Virus record (IMG/VR): IMGVR_UViG_3300006310_000773
DNA: 64,000 nucleotides
Source: a virus
Strand: one strand, 5' to 3'
Shown here one piece after another: positions 1 to 10,458 of the stretch. Positions within the stretch are counted from its first letter, which is position 1. Every line of letters begins with the position of its first letter. The notes below the pieces were generated by a model. That model ran no database searches. It was given only the letters and a program-made list of their open reading frames with translations, and was not told where the DNA came from. Made by a program: the position numbers and the translations under genes.

Positions 1-281
1 TTTCTTTCTCGATCACCACATACAAAACATTCAAGCGGTTCTTCCCCCTTTAATAATTTTTCTCTTATTTCCAAAAGTTGTTTATCATTATAAAAAAACT
101 CCTTCAATCTTTCTTTTGCAGGAATTCCTGAAGATTTTTCACTAAACTTTGCTTTCGTGAAGCGTGCTTCACAACACATCTTAATTGAATCTTTTGATGC
201 GTTTACATAAGTATGCATAAATGGGGCGGGACAATGAAATCCCTTTTTATATTTTATTTTTTCATGAATTTCACGTCTCAT
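1..281 (-). CDS. Twitch/SPASM-domain radical SAM protein, N-terminal part (runs off the window)
   Basis: Hand translation MRREIHEKIKYKKGFHCPAPFMHTYVN..KMCCE..IREKILKGEEPLECFVC. Same CPAPFxH/CC/CxxC N-terminal motif as 1457..2833. ATGA overlap with the upstream gene. Confidence 0.8.
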   Translation of the reverse strand, partial: MRREIHEKIKYKKGFHCPAPFMHTYVNASKDSIKMCCEARFTKAKFSEKSSGIPAKERLKEFFYNDKQLLEIREKLLKGEEPLECFVCGDRER

Positions 282-1450
282 AAAAATTCCTTAATTAAAA
301 ATTTATCTTTTTCTAACCAATGTCCAACTTGATTTACTGGTATTCCTCCACGTCGGACATAAAAATTATCAATATCATTTAATTTATTTAATAATTCAAT
401 TTGCTTAGTACATCTATAATATAATCCCATATATACTGCAGTGGGTCGATATTGAAAAATATTACTTAACCACATCAATTTTGTGCCCGAATTTTCATCC
501 TCATCATGTTTAGAAATAAAATCATGAATAGAAAATCTTGAATCCAATAAATCTACATGATCATAATATAAGTTTACATTATCTTTAAATTCATTAAACC
601 AGGATAACCAACTCTGCATTCCTCCAAAATAATCAGTATACTTTTCAAATTCCCCATCTTTTATTTCACTAGCTCCATCCAAAACATCTACACTACTAAT
701 AAAATCTTTATAATTTAATCCATTCCAATTTTCATGTATTTGTTTCATCATATATAATGAATATTCATTACTATCAAAAAATACTAATTTCAAGTCTTTA
801 GTATAACCTGTATCTTTTAAAATTTTTAAATGATTAAGTCCACAAGCTACTGTATAAAATACAGATACATCTTTTATAAAATGATGAGAATGAATAGATG
901 GTGAATTTTCTTTAGGTAAAATTGGCTCCGTATTCCAAGGAAGAAAGTTTGAAAATGTACTATCCTTTATAAAATTATAAACATCATATTGATCAGCTAT
1001 ATAAGTAAGAGTTTTTTTAATTTGAGAACTAAATTCTCTTCTTTCTTTTATTTTTGATAATAAAGGACATCCTTTAGATTTCCATTGTTTAACATTTAAA
1101 TAATATAATTCTTGATCTCCTATAAAAACATCATTATCTATAATATCTTGATCTAATTCTTGTATAAATGAATCATCCTCTGTTTCTAAATCATGTCCAA
1201 CTTTTATTATTATTGCATGATCAACTGATTTTGTTTTTAAAAATTCAAGAGCTTCAACATAAGTACCAAAAAGTTTAAAAGACTTCTCATATGAAGACGG
1301 CGGGGGATATGGATAAGGTTGGGGATTTACTTGCCAATCTAATTCCAAAAACCAATATTCTGTTAAATTTTTATGAAGACCTTTAACAACAGGATCAACA
1401 TTATTTGAATTGTCAATCCAACAAATAAAATATTTTCTTTTTAATTCCAT
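278..1450 (-). CDS. Hypothetical modification enzyme with an MTase/Rossmann-like C-terminal half; paralog of the N-terminal region of 5279..9517
   Basis: Shared motifs ACGLNH..LVFFDSNEYSL..WLSNIF versus SAGFVGNH..VIFYDISGPAL..WVSNVY. Confidence 0.5.
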   Translation of the reverse strand: MELKRKYFICWIDNSNNVDPVVKGLHKNLTEYWFLELDWQVNPQPYPYPPPSSYEKSFKLFGTYVEALEFLKTKSVDHAIIIKVGHDLETEDDSFIQELDQDIIDNDVFIGDQELYYLNVKQWKSKGCPLLSKIKERREFSSQIKKTLTYIADQYDVYNFIKDSTFSNFLPWNTEPILPKENSPSIHSHHFIKDVSVFYTVACGLNHLKILKDTGYTKDLKLVFFDSNEYSLYMMKQIHENWNGLNYKDFISSVDVLDGASEIKDGEFEKYTDYFGGMQSWLSWFNEFKDNVNLYYDHVDLLDSRFSIHDFISKHDEDENSGTKLMWLSNIFQYRPTAVYMGLYYRCTKQIELLNKLNDIDNFYVRRGGIPVNQVGHWLEKDKFLIKEFL

Positions 1451-1456
1451 AATTAA

Positions 1457-2833
1457 TCATATTAAATATCGTTCAAGTTGTGGTGTAATATCTAAAACAT
1501 TCGTTTTTCTTAATTTATCTGCTAATCTGGTATGTTTAATAAATTGCTCTTTATTATATTTTATATTAGGTAACATCCATCTATCACCTCTTTTTTCAAG
1601 ATCATCTGGTAACTTGTCTACAAATTCTGAATCTTTTCTATAATGACTTACATCTTTATTAAGATCTGAATATACTTGCTGAAAACATTCTTGTTCTTCT
1701 TCATTAATATTATAATCATATATTACTCTCTCTATTTCACTTCTAATAAAATCTTTATGATCATCATCTAACCAATGTATATTTAAATGCATTGGTTCAA
1801 CTATTGGATGTAGTGCCGGTGGATCTATAAATTCAAATCTACGGCTTTGCTCTATCATCCATGCAACATGATTGTAAATATGGAAAATATTATATACATT
1901 TATTACACTATTAAATCCTATACTATTAATATTTGGTAATTCACACGCTTTTAAGAAATTAGTATGAACTCTTTTCCACTCACATCCTGTTCTACAATAT
2001 TCAAAAACTTTTCCCAATCCATCAACACTAAACCGCAATTGTAACCCTTTAAATTGAGAAAGAAGATCAATAACTTTCTTAGGCCAAACTGTACCATTAG
2101 TAATTAAATGTAGTTGTATATTTTTAGCATCACCATGTTCAACTAACTGTTTCCATATTTTTATACAACTTGGATCTATAAATGTTTCTCCTCCAGACAT
2201 TTTTAACCAACGGACACCTTCAAGATTATAATTATCATATAATCGAGAATTATCTTGATCCCAATCAATAGATTCAGCCATTTTCATTTGCCACGGATTA
2301 TCAGTCCACATATCCCAATATGTACCTTCTAATAAATCATAATTATCTAAAACTTCCTTTTCTATTTTACTACTCCAAATACTACTACAAGATCGACATT
2401 TGGCATTACATAATTTTCCTGGTCGCAAATCTATGTCTATTGGATGGTCATATATATTTCCTGTTTCAACATTAAATCCCATATTATCCATCGTAATACC
2501 TTCTGGTGCATATCTGTTTATAAAATCAATTCTAGCACTTTCTCTTTCAGCACCAATTTCTTCATAATGCTTACAATAATTACAAGGATTTGAACCATCT
2601 TCTAAAACGGGCCATTCATTTTTTAAAAAAGCTTCTCTAACAGTTTTAATCTTATCACTTGACCACCATTTTTCTTGTTGATTGGCTACAGTATCCCCTT
2701 CTCGAATTGCCGGTGTATCAATTCTATCCATAATATCACTCATACAACATAATTTAAAAGCACTATTACCCATACTAGTATAGGTGTGTAAAAATGGTGC
2801 AGGGCAGAACACCTTCTTGATTTGCTCTTTCAT
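1457..2833 (-). CDS. Twitch-domain radical SAM protein
   Basis: CPAPF..LCC..CNYC N-terminal domain; CNAKCRSC; MSGGET; ITNGT; FSVDG. Confidence 0.9.
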   Translation of the reverse strand: MKEQIKKVFCPAPFLHTYTSMGNSAFKLCCMSDIMDRIDTPAIREGDTVANQQEKWWSSDKIKTVREAFLKNEWPVLEDGSNPCNYCKHYEEIGAERESARIDFINRYAPEGITMDNMGFNVETGNIYDHPIDIDLRPGKLCNAKCRSCSSIWSSKIEKEVLDNYDLLEGTYWDMWTDNPWQMKMAESIDWDQDNSRLYDNYNLEGVRWLKMSGGETFIDPSCIKIWKQLVEHGDAKNIQLHLITNGTVWPKKVIDLLSQFKGLQLRFSVDGLGKVFEYCRTGCEWKRVHTNFLKACELPNINSIGFNSVINVYNIFHIYNHVAWMIEQSRRFEFIDPPALHPIVEPMHLNIHWLDDDHKDFIRSEIERVIYDYNINEEEQECFQQVYSDLNKDVSHYRKDSEFVDKLPDDLEKRGDRWMLPNIKYNKEQFIKHTRLADKLRKTNVLDITPQLERYLI

Positions 2834-5292
2834 AATTTTCCTTGTCTTCTTGCTTTTAATGCTTCGCGGATTCCAATTTTAACATACTTTTCATCATCTA
2901 AAAAATGCAAACTAGTATCTTTCCATTCTGGCATTTTTTCAAATCCATCCCACATTTCCGTTAAAATCCAAGGGAATTCATGTGGACCTAACGCTACATG
3001 CATACATTTTGTTTCATATAATTTAAATTCTTTGCAAAGTTCTTTATGCCAGTTTAAATATTTATTAGGTATAAAATCACATGAAAAATTATTCATTTGA
3101 TGATTCGCTATATGCGCCATTGATAATGTTAAATGATTATAATCATTTGTTACAGCAATTGTACCATCAGTAAAATTACTATATCTAATTCCTATCCTCG
3201 AATGACCTAATCCCAAACTTTTACTTAAACTAAAACACACTTCTTTTATGGCAGGATGATTAACATCTATAGTAATATCATAACATGTACCATACCACGC
3301 ACAATCAATAAGTACTGGTACATCTTTTTCTAAACATGAATCGAGAGTTTCTTGTAAAAATGGAACTTGATTCCCATTTCCACAAAATGGCATACTAATT
3401 ATAACCCAATCATTTTTTTGTATTGGTTCTTGAATATCGTCGTGGGGATATTCCGTATCTATAAATTCCCATTCATTAAAGATTCTTCTATGATAATGAT
3501 ATTCCCCTCGATAAAATCTCAATCTTCTATCTTTATATCTAAAATAACTTTCATCAAGTGCTTGAGTAGTACCTATAATTATATGCTTTTGTTTGAATTT
3601 GTCTAATCCTTTTATTTTATTTAATTTTGTTGATTTAATCCATGAGTCTATATTTTTTAAAAACTCTTCTTTACATTCCCAAAATCCCGAAGCTTCAAAT
3701 TCCTCTTTCCAAGGTAATTCACCTAATGATTTTTGAAAATTTGGATCAAAAATTGCGTGGTGCTTATCTTTGAATAATATACTATTCTCTTTTAAAATTC
3801 TTTTTTTCCTCGGATAATTTATATTTTTTAAATGTGCATAAATTGGTTCAGCTATCTCAGGTAAAGATTCTCGAAAATTCTGTGATCTATACTTATCAAG
3901 TGCCTCAGTACGATCAATAAACTCTCTAATATGATATGATTCATCTTGTGCCCACATATATTTTAAAATAGAATTTAAACAATTCGTTGTTACATCTATT
4001 ACATAATCATTATCCACAATATTCTCATAATGTTTCCACACCTTTCTCTGTTCTATTAATTTGGGAAACCTTTCTAAAAAACTTTCATATTTAGATTGAA
4101 CTAATAGTTTTATTCGTTCTGGCAAACATCTAATATTATAATATAATGGATTATGTAAATGGTGCATACTAAAAAACATATGTTTACCATTTATATTAAA
4201 TCTTTTAAAATTTTGTTCTATTGTCCATTCTATTAATTCAGGAATATTCAATACATTAAAAACTTGAACTGTTGTAGTAAACCATCCATTTATATTTGGA
4301 ATTTGATCAATCTTATGAACCGTTTTTTCAATTTTTTTCCAATTACTCGGAAAGCGTATATATTCATTAACATCTTTAATACCATCAACACTTCCGCCCA
4401 ATTCAACAAGTCTAAAATGTTTCCATAATTCAAATGCCTTATCAGGTATATTAACTAAATTAGTATTATAATCTAATGCAATACGCTTAGATCTACCTGT
4501 GTCAATAAATTTTTGCAATAATTCATAATTAGCTTTCGCTATAGTAGGTTCTCCACCACTAATATGAATCATTTCAATATTAGGGGCATTTTCAACTATT
4601 TGATTAAAAATATCACCACGTTCATGCCAACTATAAGGATCAAAACCATCTATACATATTTGACCTTGTTTATCCTTTTTTAAATACAAATACTTATCAT
4701 CTGCTGCATCATGTCTAAATCTATTCCATCCAAAAGCATTATACCAATCATCTTTCCAAGGGCTACTTTCTGTCGGTCCGCACATTCTACATTTTAAATT
4801 GCACAAATTCCCCAATCTAATATCAGTATGTAAAATAGGTGAAGAGAAGTCAATAGATCCGTCTGATTTTGTTAAATTTTTAGCGTCATCTATAGTAAAA
4901 GACTGTAGGGTTTTGTCTTCAACTAAAGGCTTTTCCCACGAAGGACATTGTAATTCAATTTGTCCTTCTCGCAATGCCCTCTGCTCATATCTTCTTCTAT
5001 CCACAACTCTTCTACTTTGTTGTCCCGCATCTTCTTCCTCATTACATCTTTGACATACTGGATGCCTTTCACCTTTTAACATAGATGATCTAACGTCTTT
5101 TAATAATTTACAATTTCTTGCTTCATTTATAGAAGCATTATCAGCTGTCATTATTTCATTATTATCTTTTCTGCAAACTCCTCTAGTTTTTCTATGAGTA
5201 TTTGCTTGAACACACATACGATATTGTCCATTATTATTAATACTAAAACTAGTCCAAGGGACGGGACAATAACTTATATTATTTGTATTCAT
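2830..5292 (-). CDS. Twitch radical SAM fused to a C-terminal PLP-dependent aminotransferase-like domain
   Basis: CPVPW..CQRC; CNLKCRMC; SGGEP; C-terminal LIDCAWYG..FSLSKSLGLGHSRIG (fold-type I PLP lysine motif). Confidence 0.85.
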   Translation of the reverse strand: MNTNNISYCPVPWTSFSINNNGQYRMCVQANTHRKTRGVCRKDNNEIMTADNASINEARNCKLLKDVRSSMLKGERHPVCQRCNEEEDAGQQSRRVVDRRRYEQRALREGQIELQCPSWEKPLVEDKTLQSFTIDDAKNLTKSDGSIDFSSPILHTDIRLGNLCNLKCRMCGPTESSPWKDDWYNAFGWNRFRHDAADDKYLYLKKDKQGQICIDGFDPYSWHERGDIFNQIVENAPNIEMIHISGGEPTIAKANYELLQKFIDTGRSKRIALDYNTNLVNIPDKAFELWKHFRLVELGGSVDGIKDVNEYIRFPSNWKKIEKTVHKIDQIPNINGWFTTTVQVFNVLNIPELIEWTIEQNFKRFNINGKHMFFSMHHLHNPLYYNIRCLPERIKLLVQSKYESFLERFPKLIEQRKVWKHYENIVDNDYVIDVTTNCLNSILKYMWAQDESYHIREFIDRTEALDKYRSQNFRESLPEIAEPIYAHLKNINYPRKKRILKENSILFKDKHHAIFDPNFQKSLGELPWKEEFEASGFWECKEEFLKNIDSWIKSTKLNKIKGLDKFKQKHIIIGTTQALDESYFRYKDRRLRFYRGEYHYHRRIFNEWEFIDTEYPHDDIQEPIQKNDWVIISMPFCGNGNQVPFLQETLDSCLEKDVPVLIDCAWYGTCYDITIDVNHPAIKEVCFSLSKSLGLGHSRIGIRYSNFTDGTIAVTNDYNHLTLSMAHIANHQMNNFSCDFIPNKYLNWHKELCKEFKLYETKCMHVALGPHEFPWILTEMWDGFEKMPEWKDTSLHFLDDEKYVKIGIREALKARRQGKL

Positions 5293-8200
5293 TATACAAC
5301 TCCTTTAATTCAGGAAAAATTATACTAAAATTAAGTTGTCTAATATTTTCTAAATTTTGTATGTATTCAAATGTCTGTGGCAATAAATTAGATTGATCCT
5401 CAGACCACATAAATTCAATTAATGATTTTAATTTTTTAATTCCATTTGGTTTTTCCAATACTCGATCATAATATTCAAAATTTTCTTCCAACCATTTATA
5501 AAAATCATTATATTTGTCTGAAATTTTTTCTTTATATTCTTTTGTTAAACATTTTACACTTAAAAAATTAGGACTATGTAAAAAATGAATTCCTATCATT
5601 CCTCCATGTTCAGGCCATTTATTTATTTCAGAAATTTCATCTTGTGTCAATTTCCATTTAATAAAATCTGGTATGTGCATTATATTAAAAATACTCGCAG
5701 TCGTGTCTATATTAATTTTTATATGTTCATTATTTTTTGCAAAATTATTATATTTTATAAGATTTTGCATTGTCGTATCCAATTTACTAGGATATCTTAA
5801 CCATTCATGACGCTTCTCAACACCATCCAGACTCACAGCAATTTCTACTAATGATAACCTCTTTAACATCGAAAATAATTTATCATCAATTTCTTCAGCA
5901 TTTGTATTAAAGCGTAAATTTGTTGTTTTTGGAGAATTTTTAATAAAATCCTTAAATTCGTTTATAATTGTAGGTTCACCTCCTAATATATACGCATCTG
6001 ATATTGGTTGCTCTGATAACTCTTTCCAAGTTTGTTCATTCTTATACCAATTATATCCACCATTTTGATCCTTCCCCTTAGACCAACTTAATTTGTTTTG
6101 TAAATCTGAACTTATATTACTATTCTTCATTTTTGTCCAATCCTTTATCCAAAAACTACTATCATCTGGATTACAAGTTGAACAGGCTAAATTACACTTA
6201 TTTCCTAGTTTTAAATCAACATAATGAATTTTTGCTGGTGCTTCTCCATCATCTTTAGTATGCCACACAATCGAATTATAATCCAATTTTTTCTTCCATT
6301 TTTTATTTTCCCAAATACGTTTGCTATTATATCCAACTTCTTCTTCTTTGTAACATTTTTGACATTCTCGTGGTTTATTTCCTTTAATCATTTCTGAACG
6401 CACATTTTTCATATAATTGGTATTCCAATAATCTTTCCAATTATCATGTTTTAAATTAACCAATTGACCATCATCTTTTCTATTACAACCTATTTGTGGA
6501 TGTTCATCATCACTACTACTATTAGCTGTACAACATAATTGCATATTGCCTGTAGTTCTAGTACTTAAATGCATCCAAGGCAAAATACAAAATCCACTAT
6601 CCTCTTTTTTCCAAGGCGCGGGTGGTGCATTATCTAAATAATCAATCATCTCTGATGCTAAATGATTTTTATATTGTTGATTTCTAATATTATCATAAAA
6701 TCTAGTTGTTTTCTTTAATTGATAATGTTTTAAATCTTTTATATTATTGATAATTGTATTTTTAACAAAATTCTGAAAGAATTTTAAACGTGGTTTAATT
6801 CCTACAACTTCTTTTGTATTTGCTTCAAATTTTTCTAAAGCTAATTTTAATAAATCATGATCAATAAATTCAGAATTCAATTCACTACTTTGTGGTATCA
6901 TTTGGAAATCAACAGCCACATCTATCATTGCATCAGGGCCATCATGTTCTGAAAGATTTGTATAATATTTTTTATATAACTCGTCTGCCCATTTATAAAT
7001 ATCATCCAAATTAAATATGTTATATGGTTGAGCAACTATAGAAAATCCTACTGAAACCCTGTTTTGTAAATATTCCTTTTCTTTAAAATGACTAAACATT
7101 AAATTAACACTCTTATTCAACATATCCCAATTAAAAGGATACCGAATATAATCATAAAGCTTATCAGTACCATCTATAGAAATTCTAAAACGACAAAATT
7201 TAAAATGTGAAATTTTTTCTAATAAATCTGAATTAAATTTTGTACCATTAGTAGTTAAATCTAATACTATATTTTTAGCATAATCATTTTTTATAGCATA
7301 ATCAACTGCATTTAAAAATTTATGATTAACTGTTGGTTCCCCACCAGTAACCTTTAAAACTTCTAATTCTGGTAAAGCGGAAATAACATCTTGTTCTAAA
7401 AATGGTTTTTCAGCATGAGATGATAATCTATGAGACAATTCTTTTTTATACTTATTATTATTTTCATATTCACCATAATCAAAATGATTTGGTATGCGTT
7501 TACCATCATTGACTTGAATGAGTAATTCCTTTTGATGTTGATCACTACTACCTGCGCTACACATTCTACATGCTAAGTTACACTTATTATCATACTTTAT
7601 ATCTAAATATTTTAATTTTGGTTTTTTCAAATTAAATGTATCAATATTATCCGCAAATCTCCCATTCATGGCAATTCGTAAACTTGCGATTCCCATATCT
7701 TCTCTTTTCCAACACGTTGAACAAATATTTGGTCTTTCATTATTTAAAAATTGTTTTCTTATTTTATTCATTTCTGGACTATAAAATGCATCTTTAATTG
7801 TAGCAACATTTGCATGTAATGCATCTTGGGATGTAACATCTTTTGAATCACTACCCACTCGTAAATTTTTATTACTGTCACAACATACTCGATACCAACC
7901 AGCCACACTTGATGTCATATGTATCCACGGCAATATACAAAAATTTTTTGTAGGAATATTTATGTTTTCCTGTAAAAACTTTTTTGTATATATTTCACCT
8001 TGTAAAACTTTTCGACCAAAACTATTATATATTCGTTCTGAATCATCATCATCTAATTTAATATCAGGTAAAAATCCGTACACATATACTTGATCATTTA
8101 ACTTAGAAATAAGTTTTTTTAATTGCTTAAAAATATTTGAATAATTTTTATGTTCCCATAATGCATATTCATTAGCATAAACATTACTAACCCATATAAA

Positions 8201-9517
8201 TGTATTTCCTTTGAGATTATTAATTTCATTAACCTGCCAACCCTCATAATTATTTAAAATGTCCCATCGCCAATATTGATGTTGTTGTCTATTCTTTACA
8301 AATGTTTCCCAATGTTGTACAAAATTTTCTAATCCTCCCCATCTAGTACATTCTTCTGTCCATAACTCATCAAATTCTATAATATCATCACAAAATTCTA
8401 TTAAACTATCCTCACTATTTGAATTATCTTTAAATTTTATATCAACCAATTCATTAAATATATCTTTAAATGTTTGTTTTTTTAGATTCCAATGTTCTGA
8501 CAATAATCTCTTAAAAGATAAAGCGGGTCCACTTATATCATAAAATATAACATTTTCTTTTCCTGAATAATTAAAAGTATTTAAAATATGATTTCCAACA
8601 AATCCTGCAGATAATACCACATAATTATCAAATTGTTTTGGTGCATTTATTCTTTCTAATAAGTTATAAAAATTATTTTCAGGTATTTCTGTTGGATATG
8701 GTTCTGAATTAAATGCATATAATTTACTAGAATATCCTCTAGTTGTAAGTGAAGTTTGATATCTAACCTTAGTTTCCATATCATTAAGCATTTTTTTATC
8801 TTGCTGTACTTCATCCAAATAAAAATATTCTTTACTTTCTCTTATTTTATAATTAAATCCTTCAACATTATATCCATATTTAAAAACTGTATTTAAAAAG
8901 TTCCACCCCCATCCCATACGTGATCCCTTTTCAATTTTTTTCATTTTTAATTTATAATCTCTCGGCTTTAACCATAGAGGTGTATAATCATCATGAAAAT
9001 CTTCAACACATCTTTCAGGTTCATATAATTCTTCTATTGTCAAAATACTAGAAGTGTGCAGGTCAGGGCAATGAATATCTTTATAAATTTCCAAATTTAA
9101 AAACATCATTTGAGGATGTATACTATACCAATTTCTATTCAAATGAATTCTACTTTTAGCATCATTGTCAACAATATGACAAAGCATAGCTGTATTTGGA
9201 GAAGCTTCTGCTTGTTCAATCAAATAAAAACACGTATCATGACTAAGACGATGCCCCGGTTTTTGAATTAATGCATATTTCCTCTCACTAGATAATGCAT
9301 CTTTGATACATTCTTGTAAATCATTATTTTCACTGTAATATATGTTTGCATGAATGTTGGCCAATTGTCCTTGAAGCTTCGATTTTGTAAACTGATCTGC
9401 AAGATCAAGTAAATATGGATCATCAATCTCATCTTCCCAATCAGAAAAAGTTCTCCAATAGCAAAAATAAATTTCTTTTTCAGCTATCTCATTTAATACT
9501 TTATTAGAATTTAACAT
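5279..9517 (-). CDS. 1412-aa multidomain enzyme: N-terminal GT/MTase-like region plus two tandem twitch radical SAM modules
   Basis: Two FCILPWxH..CC..CxxC modules with CNLACRMC and CNLACSTC, each followed by GGEP and S(I/L)DG. Confidence 0.88.
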   Translation of the reverse strand: MLNSNKVLNEIAEKEIYFCYWRTFSDWEDEIDDPYLLDLADQFTKSKLQGQLANIHANIYYSENNDLQECIKDALSSERKYALIQKPGHRLSHDTCFYLIEQAEASPNTAMLCHIVDNDAKSRIHLNRNWYSIHPQMMFLNLEIYKDIHCPDLHTSSILTIEELYEPERCVEDFHDDYTPLWLKPRDYKLKMKKIEKGSRMGWGWNFLNTVFKYGYNVEGFNYKIRESKEYFYLDEVQQDKKMLNDMETKVRYQTSLTTRGYSSKLYAFNSEPYPTEIPENNFYNLLERINAPKQFDNYVVLSAGFVGNHILNTFNYSGKENVIFYDISGPALSFKRLLSEHWNLKKQTFKDIFNELVDIKFKDNSNSEDSLIEFCDDIIEFDELWTEECTRWGGLENFVQHWETFVKNRQQHQYWRWDILNNYEGWQVNEINNLKGNTFIWVSNVYANEYALWEHKNYSNIFKQLKKLISKLNDQVYVYGFLPDIKLDDDDSERIYNSFGRKVLQGEIYTKKFLQENINIPTKNFCILPWIHMTSSVAGWYRVCCDSNKNLRVGSDSKDVTSQDALHANVATIKDAFYSPEMNKIRKQFLNNERPNICSTCWKREDMGIASLRIAMNGRFADNIDTFNLKKPKLKYLDIKYDNKCNLACRMCSAGSSDQHQKELLIQVNDGKRIPNHFDYGEYENNNKYKKELSHRLSSHAEKPFLEQDVISALPELEVLKVTGGEPTVNHKFLNAVDYAIKNDYAKNIVLDLTTNGTKFNSDLLEKISHFKFCRFRISIDGTDKLYDYIRYPFNWDMLNKSVNLMFSHFKEKEYLQNRVSVGFSIVAQPYNIFNLDDIYKWADELYKKYYTNLSEHDGPDAMIDVAVDFQMIPQSSELNSEFIDHDLLKLALEKFEANTKEVVGIKPRLKFFQNFVKNTIINNIKDLKHYQLKKTTRFYDNIRNQQYKNHLASEMIDYLDNAPPAPWKKEDSGFCILPWMHLSTRTTGNMQLCCTANSSSDDEHPQIGCNRKDDGQLVNLKHDNWKDYWNTNYMKNVRSEMIKGNKPRECQKCYKEEEVGYNSKRIWENKKWKKKLDYNSIVWHTKDDGEAPAKIHYVDLKLGNKCNLACSTCNPDDSSFWIKDWTKMKNSNISSDLQNKLSWSKGKDQNGGYNWYKNEQTWKELSEQPISDAYILGGEPTIINEFKDFIKNSPKTTNLRFNTNAEEIDDKLFSMLKRLSLVEIAVSLDGVEKRHEWLRYPSKLDTTMQNLIKYNNFAKNNEHIKINIDTTASIFNIMHIPDFIKWKLTQDEISEINKWPEHGGMIGIHFLHSPNFLSVKCLTKEYKEKISDKYNDFYKWLEENFEYYDRVLEKPNGIKKLKSLIEFMWSEDQSNLLPQTFEYIQNLENIRQLNFSIIFPELKELYNEYK

Positions 9518-10157
9518 TATTATATCCGTTTATGAAATTTTTCCAACTTCTTCTGACAATAGGATTCCAAAATTCTGAATCCATATTACATCCATTAGTA
9601 AGAATATGATAACGTGGCTTATCACTATTATTAATACACTCATGGTTCCATACATTAGAAAAAAGCCACGTAGATCCATTATCAATTGGGATATTGCCCC
9701 ATCCTGATACATGAAAATCACAACCTTTTGGATGTTGAATAGAGAAATGCAGGATACTTGGACCCATTATATCAAGGGTAAGTGGTTGGTCTTCAATATC
9801 TCTATCATTATGTAAAAAAATTGAACCTCCTGGATCAATTTTCATAAATCTTGTTCTTTCATGAGATATTATTCCCGCGTGGTTTTGTAAAAAGTCTTTT
9901 GTTTTTGGACATTTATCCGCTATACTTGTCCAATCATATCTAACATGTTCTAATTCTTCATGATAAACACTGCCGAATTCACCACTAATTCCATGTAATG
10001 CTAAACTAGACCAATTCTTTCCACTACTTTCTCTATATGGTATCCATTCATCTAATTGTTCAACTTCATGTAAAATGTCTTCCCAACGAAATTGAAAGTC
10101 AAGCATTAACCACGGCAATGCACAATTATCTATTGCGTAACTATATTCTTTATTCAT
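9504..10157 (-). CDS. Aspartyl/asparaginyl beta-hydroxylase-family 2OG-Fe(II) oxygenase
   Basis: WSSLALHG, RFMKIDPGGSIFLHND (HxD), HECINNSDKPRYHI. Confidence 0.8.
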   Translation of the reverse strand: MNKEYSYAIDNCALPWLMLDFQFRWEDILHEVEQLDEWIPYRESSGKNWSSLALHGISGEFGSVYHEELEHVRYDWTSIADKCPKTKDFLQNHAGIISHERTRFMKIDPGGSIFLHNDRDIEDQPLTLDIMGPSILHFSIQHPKGCDFHVSGWGNIPIDNGSTWLFSNVWNHECINNSDKPRYHILTNGCNMDSEFWNPIVRRSWKNFINGYNNVKF

Positions 10158-10458
10158 TTTTTTTATCTATAAAAGTGTCTCTATTTTTTAATTCACATGT
10201 CTGTTTACATTTTTTAACAGGCTCATCTGAACTCCATGAATTTATAATACCATTAAATAACGGGCCATCTAATATTTCTTGTATTGTTTGACTATACAAA
10301 CTATTATTATATTTTGCATTAAATTCACCAAACAATGTTTTTGGGGGATGTCCAGCCGCCATATTTAATGATTCAGCATTTACATAACAACACGGTATTA
10401 ATTCACCAACATGATTTATAAATATTCTTTTTTGATTTCCATATTTACATTCTATCAT
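10150..10458 (-). CDS. Stand-alone SPASM/twitch domain (C-terminal half of a split rSAM)
   Basis: IECK..IFINHVGELIPCC..ILDGPLF..SW..CKQTC matches the C-terminus of 12415..13476. Confidence 0.8.
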   Translation of the reverse strand: MIECKYGNQKRIFINHVGELIPCCYVNAESLNMAAGHPPKTLFGEFNAKYNNSLYSQTIQEILDGPLFNGIINSWSSDEPVKKCKQTCELKNRDTFIDKKNE

